Source: an uncultured Gemmatimonadales bacterium (GTDB lineage Bacteria; Gemmatimonadota; Gemmatimonadetes; Longimicrobiales; RSA9). Taken from it: a DNA stretch of 64,000 nucleotides. Of this stretch, positions 30,079 to 38,248 are shown piece after piece (positions within the stretch are counted from its first letter, which is position 1; every line of letters starts with the position of its first letter). The translations under genes were made by a program, and so were the position numbers. The notes below the pieces were generated by a model. It made no database searches. It had not been told where the DNA came from and worked only from the letters and a program-made list of their open reading frames with translations. The stretch is taken from the NCBI GenBank assembly GCA_963783305.1, contig CAWAMW010000016.1:160001-224000 (forward strand), written 5' to 3'.

Positions 30079-32154
30079 ATGACGGAAACGACACAAACAG
30101 CGGCCGGAGGGCCGGCGAGGGCGTCGGCGGCAGCGACGGGGGAGCCGCTGTCGGCGTCCTCGTCGTGCCATGGGAGCACGGGTCCCACGCTGAGGCGCGG
30201 GCAGATGGAGGACGCGACGTTGCGGGTGGCCCTGGTGGGGGCGCCGAACGTGGGCAAGAGCTCGCTGTTCAACCGATTGACCGGTGCGTACGTCACGGTG
30301 TCGAACTACCCGGGCACGTCGGTGGGGGTGGACCGTGGCCGGTGGCAGATCGGGGGCTCGGCGGTGGAGCTCATCGACACGCCCGGGATGTACTCGCTGC
30401 TCCCTACGACGGAGGAGGAGCGGGTCGCGCGGGAGATCGTGCTGGCGGACGAGGCGGACGTGCTGGTGCAGGTCGCGGATGCCAAGAATCTGGATCGTGC
30501 GGTCTCGTTGACACTGCAGCTGCTGGAGGTGGGTCGACCCTTGGTGCTGGCCGTCAACATGATGGACGAGGCGGAGGCACTGGGGCTGCGGGTGGATCTG
30601 AGCGCGCTGGCGGAGCGTCTCGGGATCGGGGTGGTGGGCGTGGTGGCGGTGAAGGGCCGGGGCCTGGCGGAGCTGGGGGCGGCGGTGGAAGCGGCGGTGG
30701 AGCGGGCGGCGCCGCCCCGGCGGGCGTACGAGAACGGGGTCGGTCGGGCCATTGAGCGGGTGGGGGAGCGGCTGGCGGGCGTGTACCCCGTGCGTCCAGA
30801 GGCGCTGGCTGCGCTTCTGATCCAGGGTGACGATGAGGCGGTGGCCTGGGTAGTGGCGGCGGAGCCAGACGGAGGGCGCTCGGCGCTGGATGAGCTGGTG
30901 CTCGCCACCGCCGAATTCTCCGACGCGACGGTGTACCGGGTGGCGTATGAGCGGCACCGAGAGTCGGAGCGTCTGCTCGAGGGTGTGGTCAGCGGGGGCG
31001 ACGAGGAAGCGGAGTCGAGGTCGCTACGGGACCGACTCGGCGCGGCGCTGGCGCGGCCACTCTTTGGCATCCCGTTCCTGCTGGCGGTGCTCTACCTCGG
31101 CCTCTACAAGTTCGTGGGCGAGTTCGGCTCGGGGACGGTGGTGAACTGGCTGGAGACGACGGTGTTCGAGAACGGCCTCAACCCGTTCTTCCAGAGCTCG
31201 TTCGAGTGGCTGATCCCGTGGCCGTGGCTACAGGGCCTGTTCGTGGGGGAGTACGGCCTCCTCACGCTGGGGGTGCGCTACGCCGTGGCCATCATTCTCC
31301 CCATCGTCGGGACGTTCTTCCTCTTCTTCAGCGTCCTCGAGGACAGCGGGTATTTCCCCCGCCTGGCGCTGCTCGTCGACCGCACGTTCAAGAAGATCGG
31401 GCTGAGCGGGCGCGCGGTGATCCCCATGGTGCTCGGGTTCGCCTGCGACACCATGGCGACGATGGTGACGCGCACCCTCGAAAGCCGGCGCGAGCGAGTC
31501 CTCGCCACCATGCTCCTGGCCCTGGCCATTCCGTGCTCCGCACAGCTCGGCGTCATTCTGGCCATCCTGTCCGGGAACGGCGCGGCGCTCGCGGTGCTGG
31601 TTGTCGTCCTTACGGGCGTCTTCCTGCTCGTGGGGTGGATCGGCGCCCGTGTCCTGCCGGGAGAGCGGCCGACGTTCCACATGGAGCTTCCGCCGCTGCG
31701 CGCGCCGCGTGTCGGGAACGTGCTGGCCAAGACGGCCGCCCGGATGCAGTGGTACTTCATGGAGGTGCTCCCGCTCTTCCTGCTGGCCAGCGTCATCCTC
31801 TGGATCGGCGATCTCACGGGGATGCTCCAGAAGGCGGTGGCGGGTCTTGTGCCGGTCATGGGCTGGCTGGGTCTGCCTGCCGAAGCGGCGCAGGCGTTCC
31901 TGTTCGGGTTCTTCCGCCGCGACTACGGCGCCGCAGGTCTGTTCGACCTGAACCAGCAGGGGCTCCTGAGTCCGGTGCAGCTCACCGTGGCCGCCGTAAC
32001 TCTGACGCTGTTCGTACCGTGCGTCGCGCAGTTCCTCATGATGCTGAAGGAGCGGGGCGCGAAGACGGCGTTGGCGATCTTTGCCATCACGGTGCCGTTC
32101 GCCTTCGGTGTGGGCGCCGGGCTGAACGTCGTGTTGAGGGGGCTGGGATGGTAA
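30079..32154 (+). CDS. feoB: Ferrous iron transporter FeoB
   Basis: GAPNVGKS, NYPGTSV, DTPG, NMMD; LEDSGY.PR; LGFAC; IPCSAQLG; MELPP; FVPCVA. Confidence 0.96.
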   Translation: MTETTQTAAGGPARASAAATGEPLSASSSCHGSTGPTLRRGQMEDATLRVALVGAPNVGKSSLFNRLTGAYVTVSNYPGTSVGVDRGRWQIGGSAVELIDTPGMYSLLPTTEEERVAREIVLADEADVLVQVADAKNLDRAVSLTLQLLEVGRPLVLAVNMMDEAEALGLRVDLSALAERLGIGVVGVVAVKGRGLAELGAAVEAAVERAAPPRRAYENGVGRAIERVGERLAGVYPVRPEALAALLIQGDDEAVAWVVAAEPDGGRSALDELVLATAEFSDATVYRVAYERHRESERLLEGVVSGGDEEAESRSLRDRLGAALARPLFGIPFLLAVLYLGLYKFVGEFGSGTVVNWLETTVFENGLNPFFQSSFEWLIPWPWLQGLFVGEYGLLTLGVRYAVAIILPIVGTFFLFFSVLEDSGYFPRLALLVDRTFKKIGLSGRAVIPMVLGFACDTMATMVTRTLESRRERVLATMLLALAIPCSAQLGVILAILSGNGAALAVLVVVLTGVFLLVGWIGARVLPGERPTFHMELPPLRAPRVGNVLAKTAARMQWYFMEVLPLFLLASVILWIGDLTGMLQKAVAGLVPVMGWLGLPAEAAQAFLFGFFRRDYGAAGLFDLNQQGLLSPVQLTVAAVTLTLFVPCVAQFLMMLKERGAKTALAIFAITVPFAFGVGAGLNVVLRGLGW

Positions 32155-32351
32155 GCGTGGGGTCGGTGGCGGGGGAGACCGCGACCTGCGGGTTCTGCGG
32201 CTCGGAGTTCCGGGAGGATCGGAGCCAGGCGACCTGCCAGGCGTGCCCGCTCAGCACGGCGTGCGGGCTCGTCCGCTGCCCGAACTGCGGGTACGAGAAC
32301 CCGCGATCCCCGGCGTGGGTGACCCGGATCAAGAAATGGGTGGGCGCATGA
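32148..32351 (+). CDS. Small Cys-rich (7 Cys) protein between feoB and feoA
   Basis: MVSVG..TCGFCG..TCQACPLSTACGLVRCPNCGYENP; overlaps the feoB stop and the feoA start. Confidence 0.75.
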   Translation: MVSVGSVAGETATCGFCGSEFREDRSQATCQACPLSTACGLVRCPNCGYENPRSPAWVTRIKKWVGA

Positions 32352-32689
32352 CGATCGTCGAGCGGCTGCGGTACCGGCTCCGGGGCGTGGCCGGCTGGAA
32401 GGACGCATGTGAAGCGGGCGCTCCCGTCCCTCACGGGGAGGGGTGCAGCGACCTGGACTGCAACTCCATTCGCCTCACGGGTCTCGGTCGGGGCGCGCGG
32501 GGTGCGGTGAGCTGTCTCGAGAAGCCCGGCACGACGGAGAGCGCGAAGCTGGCCGGTCTCGGCATCCTCCCGGGGGTCCGCATCCGCGTCGTGCAGCAGA
32601 GGCCGTCCTGGGTGCTGAAGGTCGGGCGCACGGAGATCGCCCTGGACGACGAGCTCGCCGGCCGGATCCGCGTGGTTCAGGACGAATAG
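32348..32689 (+). CDS. feoA: FeoA family protein with Cys-containing N-terminal extension
   Basis: KLAGLGILPG.RIRVVQ..P...LKVG.TEIALD.ELA..I.V; ATGA overlap with the upstream gene. Confidence 0.9.
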   Translation: MTIVERLRYRLRGVAGWKDACEAGAPVPHGEGCSDLDCNSIRLTGLGRGARGAVSCLEKPGTTESAKLAGLGILPGVRIRVVQQRPSWVLKVGRTEIALDDELAGRIRVVQDE

Positions 32690-32700
32690 GCGCGGAGGCG

Positions 32701-33144
32701 TCAGGCCTCGGCCGACCCCGGGGGTGGGCGGAACGACCGTCGGCCACCGCCCAGATCAGAGATCGAGTCCCGCAGCTCACGCAGCTCGTCGTCCGTCAGC
32801 TCCCCGATTTCACCCTCCGGGAACCGGACGATCCCCGCCCAGGTCTCGGTCGAGTCGAAGACCAGGTGGCGCTCGCACAGCGGGAACTCGTAGGGCGTAC
32901 CCGGCCCCACCAGCGCGATCCGCCATTGGATCCCGACCTCATCCGTCCAGAGTCGCAGCTCCGGCTCCCGTGCGAGCGCCACCATCGCCTGGTCGTCCAT
33001 ATCCCGCCAGCTGAACGGCAGCCGGCGCCGCATGGAGTCCTCGGGGCGCTTGGCATTCGACAGGTACAGGTGCTCGGTGCCGCGTGCGTCCTGCTCGACG
33101 CGCGCGTACCAGCGCTGTGATGCCAGTCGAATGAGGCGTTGCAT
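32701..33144 (-). CDS. Hypothetical protein with apparent internal duplication
   Basis: GGGAGG RBS; protein-like composition; two similar W..HL.(L/F)..L.D..L halves. Confidence 0.6.
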   Translation of the reverse strand: MQRLIRLASQRWYARVEQDARGTEHLYLSNAKRPEDSMRRRLPFSWRDMDDQAMVALAREPELRLWTDEVGIQWRIALVGPGTPYEFPLCERHLVFDSTETWAGIVRFPEGEIGELTDDELRELRDSISDLGGGRRSFRPPPGSAEA

Positions 33145-33305
33145 GGTAAACCTCCCGTCCAAGTACAGTCGAGCGTGTCGTTTTAGAGTGGCAACATCCG
33201 TTCCTTGCGCACGCGCGCGCACGCGCGAACGGCGACTGTGGCAAACCGGCGCGTTTCTTGCCCGCCCCTGTGTCCGTCCTAAGCGCGCACAGGAGAAGAG
33301 TTACG

Positions 33306-34361
33306 GTGACGGAGCAGGAGCAAAAAGGGGGGCGCGAGTCGCGGCCCGCCGGAGCGGGCGGCGCGGCATCCGGCCGCGGAGGTGGCTGGTTCGGATTCGG
33401 GGACGACCGCCGTCGTCACGCGAGCCGAACCCGGTCGATCCCCATCTTCCGGGTGCTGGGCTATTACGTGCTGCTGTCGCTCGTGGCGTGGACGCTGATG
33501 CGGTATTTCCCGGCATTGCGGGAGGCTTTCCTGGCGCCGCTGGGCGGGCTGGGCAAGGTGGACAACCCGCTGGATCCGAGTGTGTCCGACGTGTTCACGG
33601 GGGTCCGTGGCAGCCTCCATCGGACCTTGACCATGGGCCTGGTGGTGTTGGGAGCGCTGCTCCTCGTGCTACCCATCGCATGGGTGTACACGTTCGCTCA
33701 GCGGCTGCGCTACGACCGGTCGCTGGTCCACTCGCTCATCATGCTCCCGCCCGTGGTGGCGGGGGCGGTCATGGTGGTGAAGAACAGTCTGGCACTGTCG
33801 TTCAGCCTGGCGGGGATCGTGGCCGCGGTCCGGTTCCGTACCACGGTGAAGGACCCCAAGGACGCGGTGCACGTCTTCTCGGTCATGGTCATAGGGCTCG
33901 CGGCCGGGGTCCAGGCGCTCGATATCGCCATGCTGCTGTCGGCCACGTTCGCCATGGTGGTGCTCCTGCTGTGGAAGTACGACATCGAGGCGTACGCCAA
34001 CGACGACACGGAGCTCCTGAGCGTGGGGGATACGGCGCTCATGCTGGCGGCGACGCCCGGGGGTCGTGAGCGGGTGCAGGACCGGATGGCGGAACTGGCG
34101 GAAGAGATCAAGACGGACGGCATCCTGCTGATCCACACCACGGATCCTGGCTCCGCGCGCCAGGTGGCGGAGGTGGTGCTGAGTGAGGTGGCCAAGCGGT
34201 GGATCTTCAAGGACCCGCCCCGCGGCCGCAATGGAGTCTATACGCTGGAGGCGGTGGTGCGGCTGAGGAAGAAGAAGACGCCGGTGGACCTGCTTGGAGA
34301 GCTCGAGGACCGGTGGTCGCCTACGGTGGCCGCGGCCGAGTTCGTACCGTATCCGGTGTGA
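33306..34361 (+). CDS. DUF4956 family membrane protein
   Basis: VKNSLALSFSLAGIVAAVRFRTTVKDPKD..VF...IGLAAG; AGGAG RBS. Confidence 0.8.
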   Translation: MTEQEQKGGRESRPAGAGGAASGRGGGWFGFGDDRRRHASRTRSIPIFRVLGYYVLLSLVAWTLMRYFPALREAFLAPLGGLGKVDNPLDPSVSDVFTGVRGSLHRTLTMGLVVLGALLLVLPIAWVYTFAQRLRYDRSLVHSLIMLPPVVAGAVMVVKNSLALSFSLAGIVAAVRFRTTVKDPKDAVHVFSVMVIGLAAGVQALDIAMLLSATFAMVVLLLWKYDIEAYANDDTELLSVGDTALMLAATPGGRERVQDRMAELAEEIKTDGILLIHTTDPGSARQVAEVVLSEVAKRWIFKDPPRGRNGVYTLEAVVRLRKKKTPVDLLGELEDRWSPTVAAAEFVPYPV

Positions 34362-37300
34362 TGGCGAGCGGGAACGAAGCAGTGCGGCCGATACGGTTCG
34401 AGGTGCCGGACGCCGAGGTCATGGATCGACTCCTGGCCGCGCCGATCGCCCTGCCGGTGCGGGACGAAACGCCCACCATGGAGGTGTTTCGGGATGTCTA
34501 TTTCGATACGCCCGGCGGCGAGCTGGACCTGAAGCCTGCCCGCGTTCGGATCCGGCACCATGCGGACGGCCGCCGCACGCTCCTGATCGACGTGCGGGAA
34601 CGGCAGGGGGCCGCGCCCGCGAGGCACCAGGCCGAGGCCGCCGTGGAGAGCATGGACTCGGAGAGCGAGCCAGAGGCCATCTTCCACGGCGATTCCGAGC
34701 CGGCTCGCCTGCTCCGCGCCCTCATCGACCCGGCGCGCCTGGAAGTGGCGTTCGAGGTGGAGACGCTGCGGCGGCTCCGGACGGTCCGTCTCGAGGACGG
34801 TGGGTCGCTGGAGCTGGCGTATGACACGCTGGTGATCCGGCGAGACGAGCTTTCCGGCACGCTCTGGGAGATCACGGTGCGGGCACCGGAAGGCACGCAG
34901 CTCGACCCGCTGGTTCAGTCGATGGAGCAGGAGGCCGGCGTCCGGATCACGCTGTCGGAGCCCGCGCGCAGGGTCCGAGAGTTCCTGGATGACGCGGAGA
35001 TGGTGGCGCTGGAGCGGGCGGTGCGGTCGGCGCGCCAGGTGGCGGTGGTGGCGTATCACCGGGGCCGGATCGCGCTGGCGCGTGAGAGGGGGGGGCTCGG
35101 TGTGCCGCGCGGCGAGGGGAGCGGCGAGCCGGCGTGCCGGAAGGTGATGGGCGCCAGCCTGTCGGAGCGGGGCGGTCGTCTCCGGCTCCTGGGGACGAAT
35201 CCGGGTGGGCCGGGTCGACCGAGCATGGAGGTGTGGCTGGCGGAGGGTGTGAAGCCGGAGGACGCCCACGAGGCGATCGTGTGGGTGCCGCTGGCGGAGA
35301 TTCTCACCACGGTGGGATCCGGCGCAGTTCGGGAGCCGCGCACTCTGGCGGCGCTCGAGGTGGTGGCCCGCTCCGACCTCGCCCCCGTGAGCCTGGATTC
35401 GGACGTGGGGGACCTGGACAGCGGCCACGAGGCGCTGGAGCTCGCGGTCCCCGCCATGCCCGCCGACGCCGAATCCTACGATACCAAGATCCCCCCCGAC
35501 CACCTGCTGAACGCCGAGCTGAGCCGGATCGCGTTCGACGAACGGATCCTGGTCTTCGCCGAAGCCGAGGAGACGCCGCTTCTGGAGCGGCTCCGATTCG
35601 TATCCATGTTCGGAGCGCGTCAGGACGACTTCTTCATGACCCGCGTAGCGGGGTTCAAGGACGAACTGGCTGGTGGCGCGAACCGCCGCACGCTCGACGG
35701 CCTGAACGCCCACGAGCAGCTGGACATCATCGGTGTCCGGGCCCGACAGGTCATGGGACGGGCACAGCGGCTGCTCCGCGACCAGATCCTGCCGGCCCTG
35801 GCCGATCGCGGCATCCGGATCCTGAGCTGGGGCGACCTGAACGACGAGGAGCGGGAGTTCCTCCGGGAGCACTACGCCACGGACGCGGAGGCGGTGCTCA
35901 CGCCCATGGCCGCCGATGCGAGCCATCCGTTCCCGAGGATCCGGAACCTGCGGCCGGCGATCGGCGCCGTGGTTCAGCTGCCAGGCTCGGAGCGGGTCCA
36001 TTTTACGGCCGTGGAGCTGCCGGGCGAGCTGCCGCGCTTCCTCCCGCTCGAGGATGGTCGGCGCTTCGTCCCGCTCGAAGAGCTGGTGCTGGCCCAGCTG
36101 CCAGAGCTCTTTACGGGCCTCAAGGTCGAGAACGCGCACCTCTTCCGGGTCACCCGCAGCGCCAAGACGCAGATCGAGGAGACGCTCGTCGCCGACGTCC
36201 TGCAGGCGGTGAAGGCCGACGTGGCGAACCGACCCTTCCGCGCGCCCGTCCGGCTCGAGGTCGCCGCCGGCATGCCGCGCCCCATCCGGCAGTTGATCCT
36301 GAACGAGCTCCGCTACGAGACGCCCGCGGAGCCCGAGGCGCTGGGTCCCCGGGATGTGTACGTGGTGAATGGGATGATCGACCTGGCGGCGCTGGCCGAG
36401 ATGGCCGATGCCGCGGACGAGGCGGGCGGCACGGATGAGCCCGATGAGTCCGATGAGCCGCTCCGGTTCGCGCCCATGGAGCGGGGCGCGCCGTTCGACC
36501 CCGACCGGCCGGTGTTCGAGCTGCTGGCGGAGGAGGACCGTCTGGTCCACTTCCCCTACGACGACTTCTCGACCACGGCGGAGCGATTCATCCGGGAGGC
36601 CGCCGAGGACCCGGACGTCGTCTCACTGAGGGTGACGCTGTACCGGACCGACAGCAGCTCGGAGATCGTGAAGGCGCTGAGCCGCGCCCGGGAGCTGGGC
36701 AAGGATGCGGTGGCGCTCATCGAGATCAAGGCGTCGTTCGATGAGGAGCAGAACATCGCGTGGGCCAAGTCGCTGTCGGCGGCCGGGATCCACGTGGTCT
36801 TCAGCCCGCTCAGCTACAAGGTGCACGCGAAGGCCGCGCTGGTGGTGCGCCGCGAGGGGGAGCGGCTGCGGCGCTACTCGTACATCGGGACGGGGAACCT
36901 GAACGCCGCCACGGCCCGAAGCTACACCGACGTGGCGCTCCTCACGGCCGACCCGGACCTCGGCGAGGAGCTCCACTCCGTGTTCAACATCCTCACCGGC
37001 TATTCGGCGACGGGAGAGTTCGAGCACCTGCTGGTGTCGCCCTTCAATATGCGGCGCCGGTTCCTGGAGCTGCTGGACCGCGAGATCGAGCACGCCCGCG
37101 CGGGGCGTCCCGCGAAGCTGCGGGGTCAGCTGAACGGGCTCGCCGACCGTCGCATGATCGGGAAGCTCTACGAAGCGTCGCAGGCCGGGGTGGAAGTGGA
37201 CCTGGCCGTGCGGGAGATCTGTGCGCTGCGGCCGGGGGTGCCGGGTCTCTCGGAGAACATCCGGGTCGTCAGCCTCCTGGGTCGGCTGCTCCAGCACGCG

Positions 37301-37570
37301 CGCATCTTCGAGTTCGCAAACGGCGGCGTGGTGGAGTACTACATCGGGTCGGCCGACTGGCGGCCGCGCAACCTGTCGCGGCGGGTGGAGGTGATCACAC
37401 CGGTCCGGCACCCGCCGCTCCAGGCGCGGCTGTCGGATATCCTGGACGGCGTGCTGTACAACGATGCCGCCTGGACCCTGCGTCCGGACGGTTCCCACAC
37501 CCGCGGCCAGCAGGTGGTGGGAGGTGCGGCCGCCCTGGCGCGTGGCAAGCCCAGTAGCAGATCCGGCTAG
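34361..37570 (+). CDS. ppk1: Polyphosphate kinase 1 with N-terminal CYTH-like and additional domains
   Basis: NAELS..FDERIL, PLLERLRF, DDFFMTRVAG, HPFP, HFPY, TLYRT, KVHAK, GTGN.N, ICALRPG, SADW..RNL.RRVE; N-terminus DVYFDT...L...RVRIR. Confidence 0.9.
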   Translation: MASGNEAVRPIRFEVPDAEVMDRLLAAPIALPVRDETPTMEVFRDVYFDTPGGELDLKPARVRIRHHADGRRTLLIDVRERQGAAPARHQAEAAVESMDSESEPEAIFHGDSEPARLLRALIDPARLEVAFEVETLRRLRTVRLEDGGSLELAYDTLVIRRDELSGTLWEITVRAPEGTQLDPLVQSMEQEAGVRITLSEPARRVREFLDDAEMVALERAVRSARQVAVVAYHRGRIALARERGGLGVPRGEGSGEPACRKVMGASLSERGGRLRLLGTNPGGPGRPSMEVWLAEGVKPEDAHEAIVWVPLAEILTTVGSGAVREPRTLAALEVVARSDLAPVSLDSDVGDLDSGHEALELAVPAMPADAESYDTKIPPDHLLNAELSRIAFDERILVFAEAEETPLLERLRFVSMFGARQDDFFMTRVAGFKDELAGGANRRTLDGLNAHEQLDIIGVRARQVMGRAQRLLRDQILPALADRGIRILSWGDLNDEEREFLREHYATDAEAVLTPMAADASHPFPRIRNLRPAIGAVVQLPGSERVHFTAVELPGELPRFLPLEDGRRFVPLEELVLAQLPELFTGLKVENAHLFRVTRSAKTQIEETLVADVLQAVKADVANRPFRAPVRLEVAAGMPRPIRQLILNELRYETPAEPEALGPRDVYVVNGMIDLAALAEMADAADEAGGTDEPDESDEPLRFAPMERGAPFDPDRPVFELLAEEDRLVHFPYDDFSTTAERFIREAAEDPDVVSLRVTLYRTDSSSEIVKALSRARELGKDAVALIEIKASFDEEQNIAWAKSLSAAGIHVVFSPLSYKVHAKAALVVRREGERLRRYSYIGTGNLNAATARSYTDVALLTADPDLGEELHSVFNILTGYSATGEFEHLLVSPFNMRRRFLELLDREIEHARAGRPAKLRGQLNGLADRRMIGKLYEASQAGVEVDLAVREICALRPGVPGLSENIRVVSLLGRLLQHARIFEFANGGVVEYYIGSADWRPRNLSRRVEVITPVRHPPLQARLSDILDGVLYNDAAWTLRPDGSHTRGQQVVGGAAALARGKPSSRSG

Positions 37571-38229
37571 CGCCGATCCTGCGTGGGCTCCATCAGCGGC
37601 AGGAATGCCTCGCGCTCGATGTCCAGGGCGAGGACCTGACCGTCCTCGATGATGTAGTGCCAGCCGTGGAGTGACAGCGTGCCCGCCGCCACCCGCTCCT
37701 TCACGAACGGGTAGGTGAACAGTCGGCTCAACTGGAGCGCGACGGAGCGCTGCTCCGTCCGGAGGAGCGTCTCGCGGTCCGGCTCCGGGGCCCCGCCGGC
37801 CGTGTCCTGCGCCCGCACCCACTCGTCGACCCGAGCGGCGTGCCCCAGCTCGAGCCACCGCGTGATGTGGGGCGTCTGCGGGCTCGGCTCGCTGTAGAGC
37901 GCGCGCACGGCGCCGCAATGGCTGTGACCGCACACGACGATATCGGTGACGCCGAGCGTCAGGACCGCGAACTCGATCCCGGCCGCGGTGCCGTGGAAGG
38001 CGCCATCCGGCTCATGGGGCGCCACGAACGCGCCGACGTTCCGGATGATGAACAGCTCCCCGGGCTCGGTGGCCGTGAGCAGGTCGGGGACCACGCGGGA
38101 GTCGGCGCAACCGATGAAGAGCGTGGTCGGCTTCTGGCCGTCGCGCACGAGCCGCTCGTACTGCTCGCGGTAGCGGGGGAACGTGTCCTTCCGGAACCGC
38201 TGCAGGCCCTCGATCAGATGTTCTGGCAT
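37567..38229 (-). CDS. Beta-class carbonic anhydrase
   Basis: GCADSRV, PGELFIIRNVG, VCGHSHCGA, LHGWHY. Confidence 0.95.
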   Translation of the reverse strand: MPEHLIEGLQRFRKDTFPRYREQYERLVRDGQKPTTLFIGCADSRVVPDLLTATEPGELFIIRNVGAFVAPHEPDGAFHGTAAGIEFAVLTLGVTDIVVCGHSHCGAVRALYSEPSPQTPHITRWLELGHAARVDEWVRAQDTAGGAPEPDRETLLRTEQRSVALQLSRLFTYPFVKERVAAGTLSLHGWHYIIEDGQVLALDIEREAFLPLMEPTQDRR

Positions 38230-38248
38230 TCCGGTATGCGTCCTCTGC

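Noticed and set aside
29047..30957. 636-aa version of tupA and 993-aa version of feoB from the ORF track
   Set aside because: The upstream extensions overlap each other's genes and lack motifs; true starts are near 29907 and 30079.
36434..36460. 9-bp x3 tandem repeat (gatgagccc-like) inside ppk1
   Set aside because: An in-frame acidic linker expansion (DEPDESDEP) with no sign of phase variation.
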